Of a stretch of DNA of 64,000 nt, positions 51,232-64,000 are shown in pieces. Position 1 is the stretch's first letter. The number at the start of each line of letters is the position of its first letter. Under the pieces are notes generated by a model that saw only the letters and a list, made by a program, of their open reading frames with translations, searched no databases and had not been told where the DNA came from. A program made the position numbers and the translations under genes. The stretch is from Balanoglossus misakiensis (Eukaryota > Animalia > Hemichordata), in assembly GCA_040954595.2 (NCBI GenBank), contig CM082589.2:8878894-8942893 (forward strand). The letters run 5' to 3'.

Positions 51232-52522
51232 CAAGACGTTCAAATAAACGAGTTCGTTGTTACACTTGCGATGACTGTTATGTTTCAATCAACATATAAT
51301 TAATTTCCCCATCGTTATCATTGCTCATTTATTATATTTTGGTGCAAACATCTAATGATAAGATCAACGTGAATGAAAATCTCTTCTCTCCATTCTTCCG
51401 TTGGTGGCGCTGAGCGGTATAGGAGCCTATATATACAGTGGGTGGGCAAATTGGCAGTTCATGGACTTTGCACTATGTATGTGGCACTGAAACTTATTTT
51501 GGATGAACCTGACCTTATTGAATTCCAATTATTATGATCATCCCTTATTTTATGATTAAGCTACCAAAAAGGTCTGCTTTTATGATGTTCATTTCATTTA
51601 TTTGAATCAGGTAAGGTTATAGAAAAATATACATGACACAGATACATGTATGCACCGTCCAAAAGGTTTTCAATACAGAAATGAGTTTAAAATATTTCTC
51701 CAGTGTATGCACTGTAGTGAATTTATATATGTACAGGCATAAACATTCAGCCTTCTGAAACAATTGTTATTGGGCACGGAAATTGTTGTTAGTACCTGTA
51801 AAGATAGACCACAGCTGGAAGCAGTATAAATTTCTGCAAAATGACTGAAATAGTCTCGTATTCACCTGGGTAGAACAGTGAACAACTATTCTTGAAAGAA
51901 AGTTGTCACAAATACATATTTAATGCATTTGTCACTTAATGTCATCATCATCAACAAAAGAGCTAATAATAAAAACACCAAAATAGTTGTACGAGTGAAC
52001 GAGCGAAAGTTCATACCACTAATGGATGTCATTAAAGCATATTTAAACGTTTATGAACACATGCAGGCACAATTTAATTTGGTATTTGAATAGCCTGAAT
52101 AGGTATAGAAGCAAACTTTGCACTCCAATTTTCACATTGTTTCAGCGCTTTTTTAATTATATGCACATGTCTAATATACTACACCAACAAATGCAGGTAT
52201 ATGTTTGATTATTGTGGACATGGGTACCAGAACAGATAAAGCCCTGGCATTTGGGGAATTTGAGCACATAATGGAGTCTTACACAATACCTCATTAATTA
52301 TGCACATATTTCATTCCAAGCTAACCACAAGCTAGAGGTTGGGTTTTTGGTGGACATGGACCTGTACAGTGTCAAACTGTTTTCCCCAAATTTGGGGTGA
52401 CCTCAGGTGACCTTTGACCTACTTTCCCCATATCTTGGCATCCACAGCAGATACAGCCTTGGCATTTGCTGGTTACCATGGGAACCGCTTGTGCCCCGCC
52501 AACGCTGCTTGCAGCTTTAATT

Positions 52523-55500
52523 AGGGCCCAAGCGCAAGCCAGCGCTTGGGCCCTATTGGTTTCGTTGGGGTTTTTAGGGCCCAAGCGCATACCAGCGCTT
52601 GGGCCCTATTGGTTTCGTTGGGGTTTTTCTGTCTTTCCTTCTTTCTTCTTTCTTCTTTCTTTATTCTTGTGTCAATTCTTTGTCGCTCTAGATCTCAGAC
52701 ACCACTGCAGGTACACTTCTCAAACTTGCTACAGTGGTCAAGGTCAATGAGTAGATGTGCATTGAACCCTTGAATTTTTAATTAGTCACGTGACCTGGCG
52801 GCCATATTAGATTTTCTGAAAAAATGCAAATCTCAGATCTCAGAAACTACAAGTCAGATCGACTTCAAACTTGGTGTGCAGGTAGTCTACCTTCTACCCA
52901 TCATTTTTGTAATTGGATATTTTGCTGTCAATGTTGCAGTTTTTTTGCTACAGTTGTTTTTCTGAAATCTGGTCAAAATTTCAAAAATCTTCTTCTCCAG
53001 AACCGGCGATAACCGAGTCACGCGGTTTGGGGTATGTGGTCACCAAACTGAGGTCTATCAAGTTTGCGAAGATCATTGTGATTGGTGGAAGATTATGGCG
53101 GCCATATTGGATTTTCGAAAAACCCTAGTAAAATTTCAAAAATCTTCTTCTCAAGAACCGGCGATAACCGAGTCACAAGATTTGGTGTGTGTGGTCATTA
53201 AACAGATGTCTATCAAGTTTGCGAAGATCATTGTGATTGGTCGAAGATTTTGGCGGCCATATTGGATTTTGTGAACAACGATTAAAAAGTAAAAATTCTG
53301 TTTCTAGCCTAAAAATTGATAGCACAGAAATTCTTTTTATGGATATGAATCATCATATGACAAGAATAAGCTATAAATATTTTGGTAATTTTGGCAATGA
53401 CCTTTGACCTACTTTTGACGCATCATTTTTCTGCATATCTAATTCCAGGCTAACCAATAGGGCTATAAGTTTGGTTTTTGATGTATGTGGTTTTGTATGT
53501 GATCAAAAATTTTTGCTACTTTTCATGACCCCTTTGACCTCTGCTGACCTCATTAAATATGCGCATACCTAATTACAGATGAACCAAATGACCTAGAGGT
53601 TTGTTTTTTTCTGGACATGGATCAGTATGGGGTCAAAATATTTTGCCCAAATGTTGGATGACCTCGGGTGACCTTTGACCTACTTTTGCATATCTCGACA
53701 TCCACAGCAGATACAGCCTTGGCATTTGGAGGTATGGGGCCATAATGAAAAGCCAAAATTTTGGGTCACCTGTGACACCTGCTTTACTCATTATTTATGT
53801 GCATACCTAATTCCGGGCTAACCAACATGGCTAGAGGTCTGGTTTTTGTTGGACATGGACCACTATGGGTCAAAATGTTCTGCCCAAATTGTGGATGACC
53901 CCTGGGTGACCTTTGATGTTTCTACTCATTAATTATGTGCATATCTAATAATCAGATCAGATAATAGAGCTTGGGCCCGGACAATGCTGCTTGCAGCTTT
54001 AATTAGGGCCCAAGCGCATACCAGCGCTTGGGCCCTATTGGTTTCATTGGGGTTTTTAGGGCCCAAGCGCATACCAGCGCTTGGGCCCTATTGGTTTCGT
54101 TGGGGTTTTTAGGGCCCAAGCGCATACCAGCGCTTGGGCCCTATTGGTTTCGTTGGGGTTTTTCTTTCTTTCTTTCTTTCTTTATTCTTCTGTCATTTCT
54201 TTGTCGCTCTAGATCTCAGACACCACTGCAGGTACAGTTCTCAAACTTGCTACAGTGGTCAAGGTCAATGAGTAGTCGTGCATTGAACCCATGAATTTTT
54301 AATTAGTCACATGACCTGGCGGCCATCTTGGATTTTCTGAAAAAATGCAAATCTCAGATCTCAGAAACTACAAGTCAGATCGACTTCAAATTTGGCGTGC
54401 AGGTAGACTACCTTCTGCCAAACATTTTTGTAATTGGAAATTATGCTGTCAATGTTGCAGTTTTTTTGCTACAATTTTTTTTCTGAAATCTGGCTTGAAT
54501 TTCAAAAATCTTCTTCTCCAGAACCGGTGATAACCGAGACATGGGATTTGGGGTATGTGGTCACCTAACTGATGTCTATCAAGTTTGCGAAGATCATTGT
54601 GATTGGTCGAAGATTATGGCGGCCATATTGGATTTTCGAAAAACCCTAGTAAAATTTCAAAAATCTTCTTCTCAAGAACCGGCGATAACCGAGTCACAAA
54701 ATTTTGTGTGTGTGGTCATTCAACAGATGTCTATCAAGTTTGCGAAGAGGAATGTGATTGGTCGAAGATTATGGCGGCCATATTGGATTTTCTTAAAAAC
54801 GATTAAAAAGTAAAAATTCCCTTTCTAGCCTAAAAATTGATAGCACAGAAATTCATTTTATGGATATGAATCATCATATAACAAGAATAAGCTATAAATA
54901 TTTTGGTAATTTTGGCAATGACCTTTGACCTACTTTTGACGCATCAATTTTCTGCATATCTAATTCCAGGCTAACCAATAGGGCTATAAGTTTGGTTTTT
55001 GATGTATGTGGATTTGTATGTGATCAAAAAATTTTGGTACTTTTCATGACCCCTTTGACCTCTGCTGACCTCATTAAATATGCGCATACCTAATTACAGG
55101 TGAACCAATAGACCTAGAGGTTTTGTTTTTGTTGGACAGGACAAGTATAGGGTCAAAATTTTTTACCCAAATTTTGGGTGACCTCTGGTGACCTTTGACC
55201 TAATTTCGCAAATCTCAGCATCCACAGCAGATACAGCCTTGGCGTTTGGAGGTATGGGGCCATAATGAAAAGCCAAAGTTTTGGGTCACCTGTAACACCT
55301 GCTTAACTCATTATTTATGTGCATACCTAATTCCGGGCTAACCAAAAGGGTTAGAGGTCTGGTTTTTGTTGGACATGGACCACTATGGGTCAAAATTTTC
55401 TGCACAAACTGTGGGTGACCTCTGACCTACTTAACACTATATCAGCACTAAACATAGATATAATCTTGATATTTCATGGGATAAAACACAGCATTATGTT

Positions 55501-58500
55501 TCTACTCATTAATTACGTGCATATCTAATAATCAGATCAGTTAATAGAGCTTGGGCCCGCACAATGCTGCTTGCAGCTTTAATTCTTTCTTTCTTTCTTT
55601 CTTTCTTTATTCTTCTGTCAATTCTTTGTCGCTCTAGATCTCAGACACCGCTGCAGGTACACTTCTGAAACTTGCTACAGTGGTCAAGGTCAATGAGTAG
55701 TCGTGCATTGAACCCTTGAATTTTTAATTAGTCACGTGACCTGGCGGCCATATTGGATTTTCTGAAAAAATGCAAATCTCAGATCTCAGAAACTACAAGT
55801 CAGATCGACTTCAAATTTGGTGTGCAGGTAGTCTACCTTCTACCCATCATTTTTGTAATTGGATATTTTGCTGTAAATGTTGCAGTTTTTTTGCTACAAT
55901 TTTTTTTCTGAAATCTGGCTTAATTTTCAAAAATCTTCTTCTCCAGAACCGGTGATAACTGAGTCACGCGGTTTGGGGTATGTGGTCACCTAACTGATGC
56001 CTATCAAGTTTGCGAAGATCATTGTGATTGGTCGAAGATTATGGCGGCCATATTGGATTTTCTAAAAACCATTGTAAAATTTCAAAAATCTTCTTCTCAA
56101 GAACGGGCGATAACCGAGTCACAAGATTTGGTGTGTGTGGTCATTAAACAGATGTCTATCAAGTTTGCGAAGGGGAATGTGATTGGTCGAAGATTATGGC
56201 GGCCATATTGGATTTTGTGAAAAACGATTAAAAAGTAAAAATTCCTTTTCTAGCCTTAAAATTGATAGCACAGAAATTCTTTTTATGGATATGAATCATC
56301 ATATGACAAGAATAAGCTATAAATATTTTGGTAATTTTGGCAATGACCTTTGACCTACTTTTGACGCATCATTTTTCTGCATATCTAATTCCAGGCTAAC
56401 CAATAGGGCTATAAGTTTGGTTTTTGATGTATGTGGATTTGTATGTGATAAAAAAATTTTGCTACTTTTCATGACCTCTGGTGACCTCATTAAATATGCG
56501 CATACCTAATTGATGATGAACTAATAGACCTAGAGGTTTTGTTTTTGTTATACATGGACCAGTATGGGGACAAAATATTTTGCCCAAATGTTGGGTGACC
56601 TCGGGTGACCTTTGACCTACTTTTGCATATATCGACATCCACAACAGATACAGCCTTGACGTTTGGAGGTATGGTTTTTGTTGGACATGGACCACTATGG
56701 GTCAAAATTTTCTGCCCAAATTGTGGGTGACCTCTGGGTGACCTTTGACCTACTTAACACTATATCAACACCAAACATAGATATAACCTTGATATTTCAT
56801 GGGATAAAACACAGCATTATGGTTCTACTCATTAATGATGTGCATATCTAATAATCTGATCAGATAATAGAGCTTGGGCCCGGACAATGCTGCTTGCAGC
56901 TTTAATCTGTCTTTCCTTCTTCTTTCTTTATTCTTCTGTCAATTCTTTGTCGCTCTAGATCTCAGACACCACTGCAGGTACAGTTCTCAAACTTGCTACA
57001 GTGGTCAAGGTCAATGAGTAGTCGTGCATTGAACCCATGAATTTTTAATTAGTCACATGACCTGGCGGCCATCTTGGATTTTCTGAAAAAATGCAAATCT
57101 CAGATCTCAGAAACTACAAGTCAGATCAACTTCAAATTTGGCGTGCAGGTAGACTACCTTCTGTCAATCATTTTTGTAATTGGAAATTATGCTGACAAAG
57201 TTGCAGTTTTTTTGCTACAATTTTTTTTCTGAAATCTGGCTTAAATTTCAAAAATCTTCTTCTCCAGAACCGGTGATAACCGAGACACGGGGTTTGGGGT
57301 ATGTGGTCACCTAACTGATGTCTATCAAGTTTGCGAAGATCATTGTGATTGGTCGAAGATTATGGCGGCCATATTGGATTTTCGAAAAACCCTAGTAAAA
57401 TTTCAAAAATCTTCTTCTCAAGAACCGGCGATAACCGAGTCGCAAGATTTGGTGTGTGTGTTCATTAAACAGATGTCTATCAAGTTTGGGAAGAGGAATG
57501 TGATTGGTCGAAGATTATGGCGGCCATATTGGATTTTGTAAAAAGCAGTGAAAAATTAAAATTCCTTTTTCTAGTATAAAAATTAATAGCATACAAATTC
57601 TTTTTATGGATATCAATCGTCATATGACTACAATATGTTACAAATTTTTGGCGATTTTTCACATGACCTTTGACCTACTTATCACACGTTATTATTTCTG
57701 CATATCTAATTCCAGGCTAACCTGTAGGGCTAGACGTTTGGTTTTTGATGAATGTGGATTAGTGTGTGATCAAAATATTTTGCTACTTTTCATGACCCCT
57801 TTGACCTCTGCTGACCTCATTAATTATGTGCATAGCTAATTACAGGCGAACCAATTGAGCTAGAGGTTTGGTTTTTGTTGGACATGGACCAGTATGGGGT
57901 CAAAATTTTTTGCCCAAATTTTGGATGACCTCAGATGACCTTTGACCTACTTTTGCATATCTCAGCATCCAAAGCAGGCACAGCCTTGGCATTTGGAGGT
58001 ATGGGGCCATAATGAAAAGCCAAAGTTTTGGGTCACCTGTGACACCTGCTTAACTCATTATTTATGTGCATACCTAATTCCGGGCTAACCAAAAGGGCTA
58101 GAGGTCTGGTTTTTGTTGGACATGGACCACTATGGGTCAAAATTTTCTGCCCAAATTTTGGGTGACCTCAGATGACCTTTGACCTACTTAACACTATATC
58201 AGCACCAAACATAGATATAACCTTGATATTTCATGGGATAAAATACAGCATTATGTTTCTACTCATTAATTATGTGCATATCTAATAATCTGATCAGATA
58301 ATAGAGCTTGGGCCCGGACAATGCTGCTTGCAGCTTTAATTCTGTCTTTCTTTCTTTCTTTATTCTTGTGTCATTTCTTTGTCGCTCTAGATCTCAGACA
58401 CCGCTGCAGGTACACTTCTCAAACTTCCTACAGTGGTCAAGGTCAATGGGTAGTCGTGCATTGAACTCTTGAATTTTTAATTAGTCACGTGACATGGCGG

Positions 58501-61500
58501 CCATATTGGATTTTCTGAAAAAATGCAAATCTCAGATCTCAGAAACTACAAGTCAGATCGACTTCAAATTTGGTGTGCAGGTAGTCTACTATCTACCCAT
58601 CATTTTTCTAATTGGATATTTTGCTGTAAATATTGCAGTTTTTTTGCTACAATTTTTTTTCTGAAATCTGGCTTAAATTTCAAAAATCTTCTTCTCCAGA
58701 ACCGGTGATAACCGAGTGACGCGGTTTGGGGTATGTGGTCACCTAACTGATGTCTATCAAGTTTGATAAGAAGCATTGTGATTGGTCGAAGATTATGGCG
58801 GCCATATTGGATTTTCGAAAAACCATAGTAAAACTGCAAAAATCTTCTTCTCCAGAACGGGCGATAACTGAGTCACAAGATTCGGGGAGTATGGTCACAA
58901 CACTGATGTCTATCAAGTTTGCAAAGAGCATTGTGATTGGTCGAAGATTATGGCGGCCATATTGGATTTTGTAAAAAGCAGTGAAAAATTGAAATTCCTT
59001 TTCCTAGTCTAAAAATTGACAGCATACAAATTCTTTTCATGGATATCAATCATCATATGACTAAAATATGTTACAAATTTTTGGCGATTTTTCACATGAC
59101 CTTTGACCTACTTATCACGCGTTATTATTTCTGCATATCTAATTCCAGGCTAACCTATAGGGCTAGACTTTGGTTTTTGATGCATGTGGATTAGTGTGTG
59201 ATCAAAATATTTTGCTACTTTTCATGACCCCTTTGACCTCTGCTGACCTCATTAATTATGTGCATAGCTAATTACAGGCGAACCAATAGAGCTAGAGGTT
59301 TGGTTTTTGTTGGACATGGACCAGTATGGGATCAAAATTTTGTGCCCAAATGTTGGGTGACCTCTGGTGACCTTTGACCTACTTTCGCATATCTCAGCAT
59401 CCAGAGCAGATACAGCCATGGCATTTTGTAGGATGGGACCAGAATGTAAAGCCACATTTTTGGGTCACCTGTGACACCTGCTGACCTCATTAAATATGCA
59501 CATACCTAATTACATCCGAACCAAAAGAGCTAGAGTTTTGGTTTTTGTTGGACATGGACCAGTATGGGTTAAAAAAATGCCCAAATGTTGGGTGACCTTA
59601 GGTGACCTTTGACCTACTTCACCCTATTTCAGCAGCAAAAATACACACATCCTTGTTATGTCATGAGATAATACATCCAATAGAAAATTCTGTTTCTTCT
59701 CATTCATACTGTGCATATATAATTCAAGATCAGCGCTTGGGCCCGACAATGCTGCTCGCAGCTTTAATTCTTTCTTTCTTCTTTCTTTATTCTTGTGTCA
59801 ATTCTTTGTCGCTCTAGATCTCAGACACCACTGCAGGTACACTTCTGAAACTTGCTACAGTGGTCAAGGTCAATGAGTAGTCGTGCATTGAACCCATGAA
59901 TTTTTAATTAGTCACATGACCTGGCGGCCATCTTGGATTTTCTGAAAAAATGCAAATCTCAGATCTCAGAAACTACAAGTCAGATCGACTTCAAATTTGG
60001 CATGAAGGTAGACTACCTTCTGGCAAACATTTTTGTAATTGGAAATTATGCTGTCAATGTTGCAGTTTTTTTGCTACAGTTGTTTTTCTGAAATCTGGTC
60101 AAAATTTCAAAAATCTTCTTCTCCAGAACCGGCGATAACCGAGTCACGCGGTTTGGGGTATGTGGTCACCAAACTGAGGTCTATCAAGTTTGCGAAGATC
60201 ATTGTGATTGGTCGAAGATTTTGGCGGCCATATTGGATTTTTGAAAAACCCTAGTAAAATTTCAAAAATCTTCTTCTCAAGAACCGGCGATAACTGAGTC
60301 ACAAGATTTGGTGTGTGTGGTCATTAAACAGATGTCTATCAAGTTTGCGAAGGTGAATGTGATTGGTCGAAGATTATGGCGGCCATATTGGATTTTGTGA
60401 AAAACGATTAAAAAGTAAAAATTCCCTTTCTGGCCTAAAAATTGATAGCACAGAAATTCTTTTTATGGATATGAATCATCATATGCCAAGAATAAGCTAT
60501 AAATATTTTGGTAATTTTGGCAATGACCTTTGACCTACTTTTGACACATGATTTTTCTGCATATCTAATTCCAGGCTAACCAATAGGGCTATAAGTTTGG
60601 TTTTTGATGTATGTGGATTTGTATGTGATCCAAAAATTTTGCTATTTTTCATGACCCTATTGACCTCTGGTGACCTCATTAAATATGCACATACCTAATT
60701 ACAGATGAACCAATAGACCTAGAAGTTTTGTTTTTGTTATACATGGACCAGTATGGGGTCAAAATATTTTGCCCAAATGTTGGGTGACCTCGGGTGACCT
60801 TTGACCTACTTTTGCATATCTTGACATCCACAGCAGATACAGCCTTGGCGTTTGGAGGTATGGGGCCATAATGAAAAGCCAAAGTTTTGGGTCACCTGTG
60901 ACACCTGCTTAACTCATTAATTATGTGCATACCTAATTCTAGGGTAACCAAAAGGGCTAGAGGTCTGTTTTTTGTTGGACATGGACCACTATGGGTCAAA
61001 ATTTTCTGCCCAAATTTTGGATGACCTAAGATGACCTTTGACGTACTTTTGCATATCTCGGCATCCAAAGCAGGTACAGCCTTGGCATTTGGAGGTATGG
61101 GGCCATAATGAAAAGCCAAAGTTTTGGGTCACCTGTGACACCTGCTTTACGCATTATTTATGTGCATACCTAATTCCAGGCTAACAAAAAGGGCTAGAGG
61201 TCTGGTTTTTGTTGGACATGGACCACTATGGGTCAAAATTTTCTGCCCAAATGTTGGGTGACCTCTGGGTGACCTTTGACCTACTTAACACTTTAACAGC
61301 ACCAAACATACATATAACCTTGATATTTCATGGGATAAAACAGCATTATGTTTCTACTCATTAATTATGTGCATATCTAATATCAGATCAGATAATAGAG
61401 CTTGGGCCCGAACAATGCTGCTTGCAGCTTTAATTAGGGCCCAAGCGCATACCAGCGCTTGGGCCCTATTGGTTTCGTTGGGGTTTTTAGGGCCCAAGCG

Positions 61501-64000
61501 CAAGCCAGCGCTTGGGCCCTATTGGTTTCGTTGGGGTTTTTCTGTCTTTCCTTCTTTCTTTCTTTCTTTCTTTATTCTTCTGTCAATTCTTTGTCGCTCT
61601 AGATCTCAGAAACCGCTGCAGGTACACTTCTGAAACTTGCTACAGTGGTCAAGGTCAATGAGTAGTCGTGCATTGAACCCTTGAATTTTTAATTAGTCAC
61701 GTGACCTGGCGGCCATATTGGATTTTCTGAAAAAATGCAAATCTCAGATCTCAGAAACTACAAGTCAGATCGACTTCAAATTTGGTGTGCAGGTAGTCTA
61801 CCTTCTACTCATCATTTTTGTAATTGGATATTTTGCTGTAAATGTTGCAGTTTTTTTGCTACAATTTTTTTTCTGAAATCTGGCTTAAATTTCAAAAATC
61901 TTCTTCTCCAGAACCGGTGATAACTAAGTCACGCGGTTTGGGGTATGTGGTCACCTAACTGATGTCTATCAAGTTTGCGAAGATCATTGTGATTGGTCGA
62001 AGATTATGGCGGCCATATTGGATTTTCGAAAAACCATAGTAAAACTTCAAAAATCTTCTTCTCAAGAACGGGCGATAACCGAGTCACAAGATTTGGTGTG
62101 TGTGGTCATTAAACAGATGTCTATCAAGTTTGCGAAGAGGAATGTGATTGGTCGAAGATTATGGCGGCCATATTGGATTTTGTGAAAAACGATTAAAAAG
62201 TAAAAATTCCTTTTCTAGCCTAAAAATTGATAGCACAGAAATTCTTTTTATGGATATGAATCATCATATGACAAGAATAAGCTATAAATATTTTGGTAAT
62301 TTTGGCAATGACCTTTGACCTACTTTTGACGCATCATTTTTCTGCATATCTAATTCCAGGCTAACCAATAGGGCTATAAGTTTGGTTTTTGATGTATGTG
62401 GATTTGTATGTGATCAAAAATTTTTGCTACTTTTCATGACCCCTTTGACCTCTGGTGACCTCATTAAATATGCGCATACCTAATTAATGATGAACCAATA
62501 GACCTAGAGGTTTTGTTTTTGTTATACATGGACCAGTATGGGGTCAAAATATTTTGCCCAAATGTTGGGTGACCTCGGGTGACCTTTGACCTACTTTTGC
62601 ATATCTCGACATCCACAGCAGATACAACCTTGGCGTTTGGAGGTATGGGGCCATAATGAAAAGCCAAAGTTTTGGGTCACCTGTGACACCTGCTTAACTC
62701 ATTATTTATGTGCATACCTAATTCCAGGCTAACCAAAAGGGCTAGAGGTCTGGTTTTTGTTGGACATGGACCACTATGGGTCAAAATTATCTGCCCAAAT
62801 TGTGGGTGACCCCTGGGAGACCTTTGACCTACTTAACACTATATCAACACCAAACATAGATATAACCTTGATATTTCATGGGATAAAACAGAGCATTATG
62901 TTTCTACTCATTAATTACGTGCATATCTAATATCAGATCAGATAATAGAGCTTGGGCCCGGACAATGCTGCTTGCAGCTTTAATCTTTCTTTCTTTCTTT
63001 CTTTCTTTATTCTTGTGTCAATTCTTCGGCCAACGAGATCTCTGAAACTACTGCAGGTACACTTCTCAAACTTGCTACAGTGGTCAAGGTCAATGAGTAG
63101 ATGTGCAGTGACTTGTGAATACTTAATTAGTCACGTGACCTGGCGGCCATATTAGATTTTCTGAAAAAATACAAATCTCAGATCTCAGAAACTACAAGTC
63201 AGATCGACTTCAAATTTGGCATGCAGGTAGACTACCTTCTACCCATCATTTTTGTCATTGGAAATTTTGCTGTCAATGTTGCAGTTTTTTTGCTACAATT
63301 TTTTTTCTGAAATCTGGCTTAAATTTCAAAAATCTTCTTCTCCAGAACCGATGATAACTGAGACACGGGGTTTGGGGTATGTGGTCACCTAAGTGATGTC
63401 TATCAAGTTTGCGAAGATCATTGTGATTGGTCGACGATTATGGCGGCCATATTGGATTTTCGAAAAACCATAGTTAAACTCCAAAAATCTTCTTCTCCAG
63501 AACGGGCGATGACTGAGTCACAAGATTCGGGGAGTATGGTCACTACACTGATGTCTATCAAGTTTGCAAAGAGCATTGTGATTGGTCAAAGATTATGGCG
63601 GCCATATTGGATTTTGTAAAAAGCAGTGAAAAATTGAAATTCCTTTTTCTAGTCTAAAAATTGATAGCATACAAATTCTTTTTATGGATATCAATCGTCA
63701 TGTGACTAAAATATGTAACAATTTTTTGGCGATTTTTCACATGACCTTTGACCTACTTATCACGCGTTATTATTTCTGCATATCTAATTCCAGGCTAACC
63801 TATAGGGCTAGACGTTTGGTTTTTGATGCTTGTGGACTAGTGTGTGATCAAAATATTTTGCTACTTTTCATGACCCCTTTGACCTCTGCTGACCTCATTA
63901 ATTATGTGCATAGCTAATTACAGGCGAACCAATAGAGCTAGAGGTTTGGTTTTTGTTGGACATGGACCAGTATGGGATCAAAATTTTTTGCCCAAATGTT
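52523..64000 (+). mobile_element. Head-to-tail/nested cluster of non-autonomous Helentrons (8 bodies of 1.3-1.7 kb, 7 hairpin heads of 53 bp), open at the window end
   Basis: Heads agggcccaagcgc..gcgcttgggccctattggtttcgttggggttttt at 52523, 52576, 54005, 54058, 54111, 61436, 61489. Tails gcttgggccc..aatgctgcttgcagctttaat(t) end at 54004, 55584, 56906, 58341, 59769, 61435, 62984. Confidence 0.9.

Larger units (their letters stand above)
33098..52522. mobile_element. Full-length Helentron (Helitron2), ~19.4 kb including nested inserts
   Basis: 5' hairpin aggggcacaagcc..ggcttgtgcccct at 33098 matches the 3' subTIR gcttgtgcccc plus gctgcttgcagc stem and tttaatt at 52487-52522. Encloses the Rep-helicase-endonuclease ORF; T-rich flanks, no TSD seen. 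A similar outer head lies at 33042. Confidence 0.78.

Noticed and set aside
52372-63917. Recurrent 60-95-aa ORFs in the cluster (MQISDLRNY..., MAFHYGP...)
   Set aside because: Chance frames in non-coding repeat bodies; stops and frames vary between copies.

Overview
Repeat-dense, heterochromatin-like animal (probably invertebrate) DNA with no recognisable host gene. From left to right: (1) a 130-bp satellite array (1-7633) with higher-order structure; (2) a near-identical 5-kb tandem duplication (7077-12072 / 12073-17069) carrying an internally deleted Academ-like DNA transposon (CAG..CTG ends, GTAG TSD, ubiquitin-like and Cys8 remnants); (3) minus-strand Helentron-type non-autonomous fragments; (4) a ~1.7-kb tandem repeat interrupted by a 2.5-kb double-hairpin element (6-bp TSD) and by a second Academ-like element that holds a TTAA/Kolobok-like insert; (5) the left end and THAP exon of an ISL2EU-like transposon; (6) from 33.04 kb to the window end, a Helentron (Helitron2) cluster. 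That cluster contains one ~19.4-kb element with an intact 2400-aa OTU-Rep-PIF1-AP-endonuclease ORF and many ~1.4-kb non-autonomous relatives. The most notable pattern is that the 5' hairpin heads and 3' tails of the cluster are arranged like nested brackets, suggesting repeated insertion into the same T-tract about 50 bp inside the element's own 5' end. All family assignments come from motifs read by eye; no database search was run.
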